A DNA stretch of 64,000 bases from the human T2T-CHM13v2.0 reference genome, Homo sapiens, in NCBI RefSeq assembly GCF_009914755.1, contig NC_060937.1; one strand, written 5' to 3'. Made by a program: the position numbers and the translations under genes. How positions within the stretch are numbered: position 1 is the first letter of the stretch; every line of letters starts with the position of its first letter. The notes beneath the pieces are model-generated. The model ran no database searches and was not told the origin of the DNA. It saw only the letters and a list, made by a program, of their open reading frames with translations. Positions 13,744 to 37,587 of the stretch are shown here, in pieces.

Positions 13744-14119
13744 CTCTTATTGAAGGATATAAAATTAATTCCTAAGTTAACTATTTTCTTAACAAGAAGA
13801 TGCAGTTGTACTGGTGGGAAGAGGATAGAAATTTAAAGTTGTAAAAACAAAAAATACAGCATGTGTAAGTGGAAAAGGATTTGTTCGGTACATATTTTTA
13901 ACTTACTCATTTTAAATAAGCATAGTTAAACAGTAGCTATGTATTTGACCTAATAGCACGTGTAGCTCTCACTAGGAGGAGGAACAGAGGTTAACACTGT
14001 TAATATGTGTGCCAAAGTCAGGATACGAATAGATTCCTTGGCCCACTGGGTCACTCACTTCTGAATGCATGTTCTTCAGCACAGTCTTCTATCCTTTTAA
14101 ATGACCAATTCAAATGGAA

Positions 14120-14415
14120 TTTCTTTTTTTTTTTTTTTTTTCTGAGACGGAGTCTCGCTCTGTCGCCCAGGCTGGAGTGCAGTAGCAAGATCTCAGCTCA
14201 CTGCAATCTCTGCCTTCTGAGTTCCAGCAATTCTCCTGCCTCAGCCTCCTGAGTAGCTGGGATTACAGGCATGCACCACCATGCCCGGCTAATTTTTGTA
14301 ATTTTAGTAGAGACGGGGTTTCACCGTGTTGGCCTCGAACTCCTGACCCCAAGTGATCCGCCTGCCCCGGCCTCCCAGAATGTTGGGATTACAGGCATCA
14401 GCCACTGCGCTGGTC
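14120..14415 (-). mobile_element. AluS
   Basis: Antisense dimer, directly followed by tctc + A23. Confidence 0.95.
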
Positions 14416-14728
14416 TCAAAAAAAAAAAAAAAAAAAAAAAGCTGGAGAGTTTGCTGATGTCCAGATCCTGACTGTCTGCCCCAAAAGCCTCCAGATCCTT
14501 TAGCTATCTTCCAGGCATTTTCAATTCTTTGACCTGTAAATTTTTTTCACAGAAATAATAAATATGTTTAGTGTTGTCAAGAATCAGGTATCCCAAATAC
14601 TTTTTGCCATTATGCCTTCACCAAGTCTGAACCGAGGTTTTAATATTTTCCCTTGCCTTATCACTGTAGGTCTTGGCTCTACAAAGAGTCATATGAGATA
14701 AGTATTTCAATTAAGAATTTAGGAATTT

Positions 14729-15279
<551 letters not shown>

Positions 15280-15342
15280 TCAGCAAAAAAGTAGCTCTAA
15301 TTCCCTCTGTCACGCATTCCACTAGATATCTTCACCTGCAAG

Positions 15343-18475
<3,133 letters not shown>

Positions 18476-18699
18476 AAATCTCCCATTGAGTGTTTGGCAG
18501 GCCACTCAAACTTCACATTTCTCCAACTGAGCTCCTAATCATCTGTTTGTCCTCTTGGTTAATGTTCTCTTTCTTGGCTAATGGCCTCATCATCTACCTA
18601 ATCAGCTAAGCTAGATAGCTTGGCAATCACCTTTACTCTACTTTCATTTGTATCTTTAAACTCTTTCTCAAATTTATCTCTAACCTTGTTTGTTTTAAA

Positions 18700-19490
<791 letters not shown>

Positions 19491-19745
19491 TAATTCATGA
19501 TGCCCACTGCTACTACCCCAGTTTAAGGCCTCATCATCTTTTGGCTGGACTATTTCAATGGGCTATTCACTGCCATCCTTACCTCCTTTTCTCACGCACC
19601 TTCTAGCTTGCCACCAGTATCGTTTTTCTAAAGCAATGATCCTGTCTCTCCACTGTTCAAGGACTTCTGTGTGCAATTTCAAAGTCAAATAGGATTGTAC
19701 TTCTAATGCTGTTCTGCAGTTTGCTTTTTTCCACTCTCCTTTTGA

Positions 19746-20480
<735 letters not shown>

Positions 20481-21610
20481 GTCAACTCAAACACTTAGGG
20501 TTTTTTAAGAAATACATTTTTATGACACTATTGGGCACCTGAAGATGGGGGTGCCCAAAGGAAGGAAAAGGAAAAGAATTGAAGTTAGGAGAGCATTTTT
20601 TTCCTTAGCAATTTTGCCTATTTATTCAATGTTTCTTGCTCCTGATAGCAGATGCAGATCATCTGCACACCAGTCCTCCCTCCAGGCTTCATATCAGTAA
20701 TGTACCAAACACCAAGGCCTAGTAAACAACTGCGTTTCCAACAACCTGCCTAGACTCACAGCCTGGCACATGGGCCTCCCCGCTGCACCCTCAGTTCTAC
20801 CCCTGATAGCTATGGGACACCTGTGGCAAGTGATTAGAAGAAATGGTAGCAATTGCCATAAAACACACACACCCAGGAAATGCACTTTTGCAAAAGTACA
20901 TGGCAGTTCAGACACTGTGCATCAAACAAAAACCTTACCTAAAAGCGTATAGGGGAATGGACCAAGAAAGCAGCGTCCTAGCTTGCCTTTCTCTAGGCAG
21001 CTAAAAATCTAAGCCATCAAAGGGGGAGATTCTTTATTAAAAAGGTGTTGCATCTTTGTTGTTGGCTTTTCAAAAGTAAAATGCAGTATCTTTAATGGGT
21101 GAGGAAGAGGATTGCTTGTCCAGGCAAATTTTCTTGAAACTTGGAGTCATTTAAGAGGATAAGACTCAGTTGAATGTGTTTTGGGATTTTTTACTGGTCA
21201 ACTTCAGGCTGGTGGCTATTTACTCTTCCACACAGACATTCCTTCCATCAGATCAATGCCTGCTCCCTGCAACACACACACCACACACACCGCCCACCAA
21301 TATTCCCGTCATGCCCGGAGCCTCACAAGTAGTGTCTCTTTTATTCTTCTCTTCTTAGAAATTCAGTGCTCATATTCCTCTACACACGAAAGCCATCCCC
21401 TCCCCAGCCTTCAGTCTTTCTCCCCTTCAATTATAAACTGAGACCTTGATCCTCAGTCATCTCATTTTCCAAAATGATCCCCTATCTCTTTTCGCTGGCT
21501 CCTTCCTCTTCACGTTTCACTGTAACCAGGACCCTTCAATGCAGATGTACTTGTCAATACTACTGCACCAACCCTGCCCTCTCTTCACTCACACTGAACA
21601 CTTCGAATGA

Positions 21611-22735
<1,125 letters not shown>

Positions 22736-22977
22736 TTAAGACTTTTTGTTGGACAAGTTTGATGGTATTCTCTTGGAATTTATATTCTCACTGACTTTTC
22801 CTTGTCCCACTGGGATGCAGCAGGAGCGGGAGGGGCTGGAGAGGGATAAGAGCTGTGGTGGGTATCAGGAGAGATGGCTAGGCTTGCTTCCTTTGCAAGG
22901 TCTACATCACTCACTCTATCCCTTTATGCCCCCCACCACCCCACGTCTAGCTATAGAGTAGGACACAATTTCAATGA

Positions 22978-23654
<677 letters not shown>

Positions 23655-24314
23655 TGGAATCAGCAAATTCTTCGCCCCGAAGATGGGTTCAGAAATCATC
23701 CCAAACCCTTTGGGTTTTCCTACTAACTACAACTGAATGATAGGTGTGCTTTGGCCTGAAATGGGTCTGTTGAATCTCTGATCTCCAGATTGGGTGGCTC
23801 TTCACCAGAAAGTCTCTCGATCATTACTTCTCAAAAATTGCAACTCTCACCCTTCCTTCATTTTGTCCTTCCCGTTTCTCTTTTTTCTTGTTTCAAACTG
23901 AGTTTCTCTTTGTATCAGGCAGCCTCACAGTCTGACCCAACACTGATCTTTCCATTGTCATGAACATTTCCCAAACCACATTTAAAAATCACAATACCCT
24001 TTTCTTGTTCTCGCAGAAGCACAAAGTATGAGAAATAAACCTTCATTAATTGTAGATTCCCTCTTCTTTAAAAACCATATTTGCTAGTCTTGGACTTCTT
24101 AGGATCATAAGACCAAAAAGGAACCTTGAAAAGTCAATCCATTAGTTATATCACATTTAAATAATTATGTGACTTTGTTTGAAGAATTAAGAAAACTGCT
24201 GAATTCAATTAAACAAAACTAAACCCTGCCCCAAGCCACTGGGATTTGGTTAAAGTGAATCTGAAGCCTGTCTGTCAATCATCCTAGAGCCATCTGAGTT
24301 CCTCGGGCCTGGGG

Positions 24315-25497
<1,183 letters not shown>

Positions 25498-25680
25498 TGA
25501 GTATAATATTCTAATAAATGAATTGGATACCCTGAAGAGCCACAGGTTAAATGTGAAAGTCACCATCAATATAAAAAGCTAGGAACCTTGGTCAAATTAC
25601 ATACTTTTAAGCTATATATATATGTAAAATTGGATGTGGAAGTATCTATGGATAGCTCCATGCATTTGAATGATTTAGAA

Positions 25681-25893
25681 CAAGAGTTATTAACCTTAGG
25701 TTTGGAACCATCCTCAACTGTGTACATCTAGTTTAGTTTAGTTTAGTTTAGAGACAAAGTCTTGCTCTGTTGCCTGGGCTGGAGTGCAGTGGCTGGCCTT
25801 CACTGTAACCTAAATGTGTACGTTTTTACAGTGCAAGGCCTCACTGCTTTTATCAGATCCTTAAGGATCTCCAAAAGGCTTAAGAACCCCTGT
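25681..25893. mobile_element. hAT-Charlie MER fossil containing a short Alu fragment (25730-25812)
   Basis: Degenerate TIR caagagttattaacc / ggcttaagaacccctg; gcttttatcagat motif. Confidence 0.5.
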
Positions 25894-26595
25894 TTTAGAA
25901 GAAGGGTAAGATTAAAATCAATATATTATTTTATATATTTATAAATGCATTAATAGAAATTAAAAACTTCCATTTTAGCAATAGCAAGATAAAAGGTTGA
26001 TTGTTGTAAATAATCATCACATAATTAGTAACCACATTTAAACACTAATAGACAATATTATTTCAGCATTTTAGATATGTGTCAACAAGTATTTACCTTA
26101 ATATACATGCAGGTACATCAGGGAAGGAGGTGTTCAGATACAGATTTTAACCTGGATTGCAAACTACTGGTAAATTTACTTTCACTATTGTTTAAAAAAA
26201 TCATCAATCAGATAATGTAAAGGCAATACCAAATACAAATCAAGTCACTATTGAACATAGTTACAGCTATGTTCAGTTACAACACCTCATTTTCTCATAT
26301 TAGATAAGAAAAATAAATGATTGTACATGCTTTATAGCAGATTGATTAAAAGATATACTGGGGAAACTCCTTTCATAGCCAAATTTTACAGCCAAAAATC
26401 AAATTCAGTGCTTGGATTTTTTAAGCCAGGACCCATTCAGAGTATTCCAAGAATAGTTCTCAAATTGCTAAAAAGCATTGGTTCCATAAATCTATTTTAG
26501 AAATGAATTTTAAAAATTAGAAAGTTTGAGTCAGCCATACACAAACCAATCAAGTTATTATGTACTCCATTTGGGTTTTTTTACATTTAAAGTAT

Positions 26596-26700
26596 AATTC
26601 ATTTATTTATTCATTTAACAAATATTTATTGAGCCTCTGCTACGTGTAGGCACTGATCTGGGTGCTAGGATTACAGCAGTGAATAAAACAGACCAAAAAT
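26596..26700 (-). mobile_element. L2a 3' end
   Basis: ttcatttaacaaatatttattgagc...tgggtgctaggattacagcagtgaataaaacagac. Confidence 0.85.
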
Positions 26701-27010
26701 ATACAAGTTAACACATATGCTCACTGGAAAACATTCAGATACAGAAGTGCACAGATAAAAAAAATCAAACTTGTTCTCCTTAAGGCCCATCCCCCATCTC
26801 AGTTCCTTCCTTGCAATTAACAGTTATTCTAGACATTTTTAGTTTATTTACATAGAAAACCTTACATAGGATTTTAAAACCAGTTTTATTGAGATATAAT
26901 GTACATACTGCATGGATGTATAGGCACATCATAAAATTCACTTGCGTAACATGTACAGTCACATTTTTTACTGTATTTGCAGTGTTGCATTATAATCTAG
27001 GTATGCAGAT

Positions 27011-27360
27011 TTTACTTTATTTTATTTTATTTATTTTATTTTATTTTATTTTATTTTATTTTATTTTGAGACAGGGTCTCACTCTGTCACCCAGGCTGGG
27101 ATACAGTGGCACAATCCCGGCTCACTGCAACCTCCACCTCACTGCAACCTCTGCCTCCTGGATTCAAGTGATTCACCTGCCTCAGCTTCCCAAGTAGCTG
27201 GGATTACAGGTGCCTGCCACCATACCCGGCTAATTTTTGTATTTTTAATAGAGATGGGGTTTCACCATGCTGGCCAGGCTGGTCTCAAACTCCTGGTGTC
27301 AAGCAATCCACCCATCTCCCAAAGTGCTGGGATTGCAGGCGTGAGCCATGGCGTCCGGCC
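27011..27360 (-). mobile_element. AluS with (TTTTA)n tail
   Basis: Antisense dimer; 16-bp internal duplication of ctcactgcaacctc. Confidence 0.93.
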
Positions 27361-27446
27361 TTAGTCTCCACACTCTTAACAGAGTTGATGAGATATAAAG
27401 GAGGTGAAGGAGAGGGATACAAACAAACAGATAAAAGTTTAGGATA

Positions 27447-27753
<307 letters not shown>

Positions 27754-28157
27754 TTAGGATAAATGCAAATAAGGTAATGTAGATAAAGTGTTTAGCATAG
27801 AGGCTGACTCCTTAGTAAGCACACAATAAAAATATATGAATAAATAATAAAATAAATCATTTTATTAAATAATAAATCGTTATTATAGTCTGTATACTGT
27901 ATCTTTTATGGATAAGGTTCCTCTTCTGTTAGGAAAGTAACATTTCTGTTGCCAGCCTACAGATTTGTTTAATTAGCCATCTTCATTTGCGGCTGCTATA
28001 ATACAATTCTGTAGGGTCACCGATCCTACTCAGCTTCTTTTTTTTTTTTTTTTTTTTGAGAAACTCCTAGGTGCTAAGCTTAGGTGCTGCACAGGTCAAC
28101 AAGACTGTCCGAGCTCAAAGAACTTGCAGCAGGGAAAACAATAATAAAGGTATTGCA

Positions 28158-28330
28158 GGGCTGGGTGATACCGTAGTGTCTGTAATTCCAGCTACTGGAG
28201 AGGGAGGCCATGGAGTGAGGACTGCTTGAGCCCAGGAGTTTAAGGCTGCAGTGTGCTATGATCACACCTGTGAATAGCCACTGCACTGCAGCCTGGGCAA
28301 CATAGCAAGACCCTGCCTCCAAAATAAAGA
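28158..28330 (+). mobile_element. FAM fossil Alu monomer within antisense L2 remnant
   Basis: tgctatgatcacacctgtgaatagccactgcactgcagcctgggcaacatagcaagaccc. Confidence 0.85.
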
Positions 28331-29307
28331 CATACATACATACCTACATACATACAGAAATGTATTGTGTATTTTGGTGTTTTGGGAGCACCCATGGAAA
28401 AAATCACCATTTTTTTTTTTTAAGGGGAGTCAAGAAAGGCTTCCAAGAAGGAAACTTTGAGATACAAGGTGGGAGATAGGTAGAGTCATCTTATATTCCC
28501 TTTAAGAAATTCAGGTTTTATCTTGAAGCTAATGAGGAGCCCTGAAGAAGGTGGAATGAGATGGGTTGGGCCTGGAGGGAAGGACAGTTAGAAGGCTGGA
28601 TGTGAATTACCCCACCCCAGCCTGTGACAAAAGCTCCACCCAAAACATCTGCTGTTCTTGCTAGTTGGTTTCTTATCTTTTGACTCATGAAGTTACTTTG
28701 TCTTCAAGTTTCTCAATCACAATGTGGTTTCAATCCAAGATAATCTTTCATATCTGAAATTCGTTTTTCACGCTTAATATTGCTAAGCATATTTTCAGTG
28801 CTCTGATACTTCTTTTGGTTTTGTTTTGCTTTTTTTCCCCCCAACAGTTCTCTGGTTGGTTATCTAGATACTTCTTTTCAAAACATCAGAGACCTTTATG
28901 ATAAAGCTAGACAAAAAAAATTATTTATCCAAGAGGGGTAATTTGAAAACAAGTATGACAACCAGCAACTCCCCATCACATCAAAGTCATAGCTGCAGTG
29001 GAAAGAAAAGCTTAGATCAGGGGAAGGTTTAGGTTAGGTTGAAATCGAAGTTCCTTACACTAGGATTATCCTTACAGATGAAAAACAGATAAAGGCAAGC
29101 ATGCTCAGACAGGAGGAATGAAGTTGAAGGGTAACTCTGATTAAAACCAAGGAGGGGTAATACCAGATAATACTGGCCAAAGACTGGAGTTGGAGGTGAG
29201 AGAACGAAGGAGAGCTACAAACCAGCAGTGTTCCTACAAAACAGTTCTTTGCTTTTTTCCCCCTACACTGGTAAATAATACGTTTATCACATGACTGGCA
29301 AAAATGA

Positions 29308-30165
<858 letters not shown>

Positions 30166-30265
30166 CACACAATCACCTTAGAGCCAAGCATGCTTTTTGG
30201 ATCCCCCCTTTGTCTTCACTCACTCCCATCCTCTCAGGGGGCAGTCTGAGGACATCAAGTAGACA

Positions 30266-30412
30266 GTTTTTTTGTTTTTTTGTATTTTTAGTAGAGACAG
30301 GGTTTTGTCATGTTCGCCAGGCTGGTCTTGAACCCCTGGCATCTGGTGATCAGCCTGCCTCTCGGCCTCCCAAAGTGCTGAGATTACAGGTGTGAGCCAC
30401 TGCACCTGGCCT
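30266..30412 (-). mobile_element. Alu left arm only
   Basis: Starts at linker tttgtatttttagtagagac. Confidence 0.9.
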
Positions 30413-31419
30413 GGAGACAGATTTGAGAAGAGAAGAAAACAGTCCCCACAGAAAGACTAAACTGGCTGACCAAGGCAGAGAGCTAGACCTTTTGAATCAG
30501 GATCGGATCGGGGGAGGTGCAGCCAGGCCTCAAGCCCTTTCCAGCCCCTTCCCAGGTGGCAGCATCAGGGGACCTGAACAGGTATTAGTGGGGCCTTGCA
30601 GGGAGGAATGAGCTGAGTGGGCAGGGGTGGCGTCTTGGGTGGAAGCATTTGAGATCTGCTGACATTCTTTCTAGCTTCTGGACTGAAGGGCATATTCTCC
30701 TCAGTTGTGGAGAGGGCTACAGCCAGAGGAAACAGGAATCTGGCTGAGGAAAGGTCAGCTGCGTTCCCAGACCCACCCAAGTGTAGCACGGAGGCTACCC
30801 TCTTAACCGATGACTGAGCCAACATTTATTGAACCCTTCTCTATCACTGACCCCTCTGTACCCCAGCCTGTAGTCCCATCTGCCCTCACACTTCTCCTTC
30901 CATCTCACACGAAGACCGGTCCTTGTTGTTTCTGGCCAACGTGTCCACCTCCACCTTCTGTCAGTCATTCTGCCTCTCCGCGGGCACTTTCTCTGCAGCA
31001 CACCTAGCTAGGTGCCATTGATCCATCCACACTCGAGCTGCCCCTCTCAGCCTTCCCTTCTCTCCAGCTCTCTTGGCCTGGCTGGTTTGGCATTCTCAAA
31101 GCCTCACCTGCTTTAGGAAAGTGCCAGTGACACACATCTTCCTGCTGAGTGGGGTGCGCTCCTGCAGGCTCTGGGGTTACCTGGCACTTCTGTCCCCAGG
31201 TTGCACAGCTGTGTGGGTATCACCCTCTCCCAGTGGCAGAGGCTGTCTTATTTCTCCCACACCCCTAGTTCTCATGGTGCTCACTCCGAAGGTGCTCAGG
31301 AAATGTGTGTCAGAAAATAATGGGGCTACAAAGATGAATAAGACCATCCTCACTCTGAAGGCGACTCAGTCTATAGGGAGGCGATCCCTCCAAAGCAAAG
31401 CGATCAGGGTGCTTGCCTC

Positions 31420-31860
31420 CTTGTTGTTCATATTCAGGGCAAAATTCCAAATTCATCAGAATGGCATTCAAGGCCCTCCTGAGCCTGACTACCACTCCAG
31501 CTCCATCTTCTGTCACTCACTCATAAAAGTGCAGTCTTCCACTATAGCTCAAATGCCTTAACCCTCCACTAAGCTCTCTCCCTGTTGCCTGGAATTCCAA
31601 CTCCCAATCTAATTTGGCCACTTCCTGCTCATCCCATAAGACTCAGCTTCAGCGTCACAACCTGTGTGAAGGGCAACCTGGCCCTAACCCTGGGTGGGCA
31701 TTTCACCTCACACACGTATTCAGAGGTGGCACCTGGAACCCAGTATTATCTTCTCCACTGGACTGGAAGATTCCTAGGAGCAAGAACTATTACTCCATCC
31801 ACCCCTCTCCAGCAATCACCACACTCTCTGGCACAAATGTTTGATGAATGACTGAATGAG
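31420..31860 (+). mobile_element. L2 3' end
   Basis: atggcattcaaggccctcc...gactggaagattcctaggagcaag...gtttgatgaatgactgaatga. Confidence 0.7.
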
Positions 31861-32121
31861 GGAACAAAGTATCTGGTTTCTTTAGCTTCTGTCACCGCAG
31901 AAAGACAGACTGACTCTTCACAGTCATTCCTGGGGTCTAAGGAAGACTAGCACAGCAGAATTACTATTTCAAGAAACTACCCCACCTTGTTTTCCTGATA
32001 GCAGAGTAGGCAAATCTCCAGTTCCGGGATACCATTCTTCTTCCTCTAGTTAACTTCTGAGATTTGGTTACCTACACAGAAGACATCCCTACGCACCCAT
32101 CAATTACAAGAGCCAGAGTTG

Positions 32122-32397
32122 GAATCCCAGCTGCTTGGGAGGCTGAAGTGGGAAGAACATTTGAGCCTAGGAGTTCATGACCAGCCTAGAAAACATAGTG
32201 AGACTCCATCTCTACATAAAATTTTAAAAAATTAGCCAGGTGTGGTGGTGTGCACCTGTAGTCCCAGCTATTAAGGAAGGCTGAATCGGGAGGATCGCTT
32301 GAGCCCCGGGATTCAAGGCTGCAGCGAGCTATGACGGCACTACTACATTCCAGCCTGGGCCACAGAGTGAGACTCTCTCTCTAAAAAAGAAAAAATA
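32122..32397 (+). mobile_element. AluJ
   Basis: J-type dimer; TSD-like agagccaga. Confidence 0.9.
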
Positions 32398-32565
32398 ATT
32401 AATGAGAGCCAGAAAATTAAATGGAGTGGCTGGCCATGGCCTTGAACTGTTACTCCCATATCATACTGGATGAAAAATTAAAAACTGAGTATAAATATGT
32501 TCCTTATTTCCCCAGGCAGGTTCTAATTCATGGAGTTAGAGTAACATCATTCAAAAAATAGATTA

Positions 32566-32985
<420 letters not shown>

Positions 32986-33322
32986 TTAAAACAGTGCTCC
33001 TAAACCTAGTCTCCACCAATTTGCTTTGAATATTTTCCTAAAGGTACCTGGTTTTCTCACCGCCTTTCATTTTGACAATCAGGGAGTCTAATCATAACCT
33101 GAATTTTTCTCTCAAATTTCTCTAAATTTCCCCTCCCCTTCATTTTTCAAGGGTCAGACTATGTGCAAACACTTTTTCACATTAATCATTCATTAGCTGT
33201 GCTTTTGGAAATCAAACTCAACAACAGCACCACCGTTCTGCCTTGCATAATTATCTTTCTGCCCCAGTTCCTGATCAGATACACCTTTCATATCTAAAAT
33301 ATATTCATGAATTAATCCAATA

Positions 33323-33922
33323 TTTTTGTTTTGTTTTGAGACAGGGTCTTGCTATGTCATCCAGGCTGGAGTGCAGTGGTGCTATCACAGCACACTGTAG
33401 CCTCGACTTCCTGGGTTCAAGCCATCCTTCTGCCTCAGCTGCTGGAGCAGCTGGAACCACAGGTGCGCCACCATGCCCTGCTAATTAAAAACATGCTTTT
33501 TTGTAGAGATGGGGGTCTCACCATTTTGCCCAGGCTGGTCTCTAGCTCTTGGGTTTTAGGCATCCTTCCTCCTCGGCCTCTCAAAATGCTGGAATTATAG
33601 GCATGAGTCACTGCGCCCAGCACCAATATTCTTTTTTTTTTGAGATGGAATCTCACTCTGTCACCCAGGCTGGAGTGTGGTGGTGCGATCTTGGCTCACT
33701 GCAACCTCTGCCTCCTGGGTTCATATGATTATCGTGTCTCAGCCTCCTGAGTAGCTGGGACTACAGGTGTGTACCACCACACTCAGCTAATTTTTGTATT
33801 TTTAGTTGAGACGGGGTTTCGCAATGTTGGCCAGCTGGTCTTAAACTCCTGACCTCAAATTATTCACCTGCCTCAGCCTCCCAAAGTGTTGGGATTACAG
33901 ATGTGAGCCACCACGCCTGGCC
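33323..33922 (-). mobile_element. AluJ (33323-33622) and AluS (33630-33922) in tandem
   Basis: Target motif ccaatatt occurs three times around them. Confidence 0.93.
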
Positions 33923-34339
33923 GTGCCCCAATATTCTTAATTTCTATTCCAAAGCCCAGATGTCAAGACCTATTCATGTTTAACTCTTAACCTTTGCCTG
34001 GGGATATGAAGATAATGAGATAATGCAGGAATATGAGTGCAAAACTTTGGTTTTTGAGGAATTTACTAAACTGATGGGCGAGACAAGATGCAGATACTAT
34101 AGTGGTAAAATATTGGCAATAATATTTTCAACATATATAATGCACTGCTGTATTCAAGGTCCATGCATATTCACTGGATCTAAAATAAACCCGCGGTGTA
34201 GATACTATCTTCTTCATTTCCCGTAGCAAGAAACTGAAGCTCTGAATTGTTAAGTATCTTAACCAAGATCTCTGGAGGTTACCTAATCCACTCTCAGTTT
34301 TAACTCTTACCTATAGGCTAATTAATAGTCTATTTCATA

Positions 34340-34640
34340 TCCCAGACCTCTGTCCAGAGAAAGCTAACCTTTCTGTAAAATTGCCTACTTGTCAATTTCA
34401 CCTGTGTGTCCCATAGCCCTCCCAAATCCACAGGGTGGAAACCCAAATCCCCTGGAACCTGAACAACCACCTGCATCCCGTACTCTTCCTCCACCACCTC
34501 CTGCTCAGGCCGGGCACCGTAACTGACCTCATAGCCTCAGCCAGGTATCTGCAAGCCCAGTACCAGTGGATAGACAGGACACATAATATATCCTCAACAA
34601 GTATTTGTTGTATGAGTGATTTTATGAGTGAATGAGTGAG
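34340..34640 (+). mobile_element. L2 fragments
   Basis: atatcccagacctctgtccagag...tatttgttgtatgagtgat...gagtgaatgagtg. Confidence 0.55.
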
Positions 34641-35609
34641 TGGGGGTAGGCATCTTTGCCTCTCCCTCACCCTTAACCAGAAGATTAATTGGTCATAAAA
34701 TCCTGCTGTTTCTACATCATAAATCTCTCTCAAATCCTTTCCCCATTTTTAATCCCCACCTTGCCTCCCTTGCTGGATTGTGTCAAAGCTAAAATGAGAT
34801 TAATACACATAAAAGTGTTTTGCAAAGAATAAACCTCTGGGAAAAAAAAGAAAGGATAAATCCCTCTGGAATCCGTTACTAAACTTACCAGCCCCAGTTT
34901 GCCTATTCCTTTCAAGCTATGATTTTTTTTTTCCATCCTTCTGACCTTGTTGTTGTCTCTGCCATGGCTTCCAGAGGCTCATCACTCAGTTTGTATGAAA
35001 ATACCACTGGTCTCTATGCTCTGGCTTAGCGGCACGGTTCCATTTCCTTTTATGTTGCTTGCTTCTGGTTATTTCTCAGAGTAAGATCTAACTCGCGAGG
35101 AGGCTATGAAGTTCCTCATGAAAAGAAGCTGTTACATGGCTTTTGTAGCTTCCACAGCATCTCGCACAATCTTGGGCATATAGTAAGTGCTTAATAAACG
35201 CTTACTAATTGAGAGATCAATTCTCCTCCAGCCCTCCTCAATCAGTCCAGTATCCTCAGTTTCTCTCCAAATTCTATTCCTTATTCTTCAAAATGTATTG
35301 TGTATATCAGGAACATCTCTTCCTAAGATGTTTGAGAAGAGAGTCTAGCCAATAGATAGTTTTTTACAAGTTGCTCATTCTTTTAAATGTACTAAGTGAA
35401 CCAGAGTGGAGGAGCCAGACCCTATTACTCATCACACTGAGGTAATACGGCTTTACACATATACAGTGCTTATAAACACACACCTAAAACCAAGTATAAT
35501 GGTAATTAAAGATACCTGAAACGCTGCCAGTAATAATCATAGAACTAAAGAAAAACAGGGCATCAATGTTTTCCTTTTCATTATCCACTACAGCCCAGCA
35601 GTCACCAAA

Positions 35610-35993
35610 TGATACGGTTTGGATATTGCTTCTCTCCAAATTTCATGTTGAAATGTCATCCCCAACGCTGGAGGCAGGGCCTGGTGGGAGGTGTTTGGGC
35701 CATGGGGGTGGATCCCTCATGAATGGTTTGGTGCCCTCCCTGAGGTAATGAGTGAGAGCTGGTTGTTTAAAGGAGCCTGGCACCTCCTCATCTCTCTCTT
35801 GCTCTATCTTGCCATGTGACGTGCCTGCTCCCCCTTCATCTTCTTCCATGAGTGAAAGCTTCCTGAGACTGAGCAGATGCTGGTGCCATGCTTTTTATAT
35901 AGCCTGCAGAATCGTGAGCCAAATAAACCTCTTTTCTTTATAAATTACCAGCCTCAGGCATTCCTTTATGGCAATGGAAAACAGACTAATACA
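35610..35993 (+). mobile_element. MSTB solo LTR (MaLR)
   Basis: tgatacggtttggatat...acagactaataca; TG...CA ends; 5-bp TSD ccaaa/ccaag. Confidence 0.9.
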
Positions 35994-36414
35994 CCAAGTC
36001 TTCTTGCTTCTCTCTGTGAAATGTCTATTGAACGCAGTTTTTCCTTTTGGGATTTTGGCACCATCTTAGGCTGGGCCTTGCATGTCCCATCTATCTCCCT
36101 TGCCCTGGCTTCTTACCTGGGCTCTCGGCCTTTGGTTTCTCCTTACTCTAGTGCAGTTTACCTGCAGGCCCCAAACATTGATTTCATCAAGCTGTCCCAC
36201 TGCCCCAAACACACACCTCTAGAGGTTCCCTACTATTCAGAGGACAAGTCATAATCTCCTTAGCTACATCTTCAAGGCCTTTTCAACCTTAGCCTACCCT
36301 CCTGGTCTAACCTCTCTGATTCTTCTTGTGGGGGCGACTGTGGCCTACCCTTTAAGAGCTAAAGTTGTTACCTGAGATGCACCTGATTAAATCCACACAC
36401 CATAGACATAATTG

Positions 36415-36545
36415 GGGCCAGGCATGGTGACTCATGCCTATAATCCTAGCACTTGGGGAGGCTGAGGCAGGAGGATCACTTGAGCTCAGGAGTTCGAGAC
36501 CAGACTAGGCAACATAGTGAGAGCTTGTCTCTTAAAAAAAAAAAA
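36415..36545 (+). mobile_element. FLAM_C Alu monomer
   Basis: Left monomer plus A tail. Confidence 0.88.
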
Positions 36546-37263
36546 GATTGATTGGCAAGAGTAAATCAAAAGGATGCCTGCTCTGTAAATGAGTGACTGA
36601 GGAGGTCAAGGTAACCCAAAACTCCAATCAAAATCTGGGAGTAATATCAGGGAAGTAGGATTTGAAGGTGATTGTAATTTAGGGAGCAGAGGCAAACACT
36701 GAACATGCTTAGGGGAGGAGTGTGACTAGAAGGGTCAGAAAAGGGAACCCAAGGAGTGAAAAGTAGGCAACACCCATCTGTTAAGTCAATGAGGATGTCT
36801 ACCCACATCCCTGAAGAATGAACGTGACAGTTCAGGCTCTGATGCGTGAACACTGAAATCACCTAACAATGCCCTTCAGTAGTTTGATTCCACAGCAATC
36901 CTGGAGCAGCTTGTTTTTCATGGCATGGGCCCTGATCAGACAGACAGGCTGCCAGTTGCAGATCCCCCTGCAGACCAAATGCATTGGCCTTCAGCTGCAT
37001 ACATATGCGTGGATAATCAGTTTTGATGAGCTTGGCTAAAGTAAGGCCACTGCTGAGAAATGGAGCCGCTTCCACTCAGTAATAATAATGATAATTAACA
37101 AGTAAATCACATGTCTGAGCCTGAGGAACAGCTCCAGGACCACGGTAAACTGACCGAGGTAAATGTGCTCTAAGGGGCCTCTGTGTGGACAGTCCATGCA
37201 CCTTTTGAGCCAGTCTCCTGCATCCTTCAATACTGAGTGCACGATTGTAAAACCACATGACTA

Positions 37264-37587
<324 letters not shown>

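Noticed and set aside
20531-20558. 9-bp inverted repeat ttgggcacc/ggtgcccaa (also a 10-bp one near 49580-49603)
   Set aside because: Short enough to be expected by chance in 64 kb.
28036-28062. T-run + gaga resembling another tail-only Alu
   Set aside because: No target-site duplication is visible; it could be a simple homopolymer.
30549-30564. CTCF-like cccaggtggcagca
   Set aside because: The 5' conserved CC(A/G) positions are mismatched; cannot be supported without ChIP data.
31073-31561. 162-aa ORF
   Set aside because: Non-ATG start, overlaps L2 remnants, and no recognisable protein similarity.
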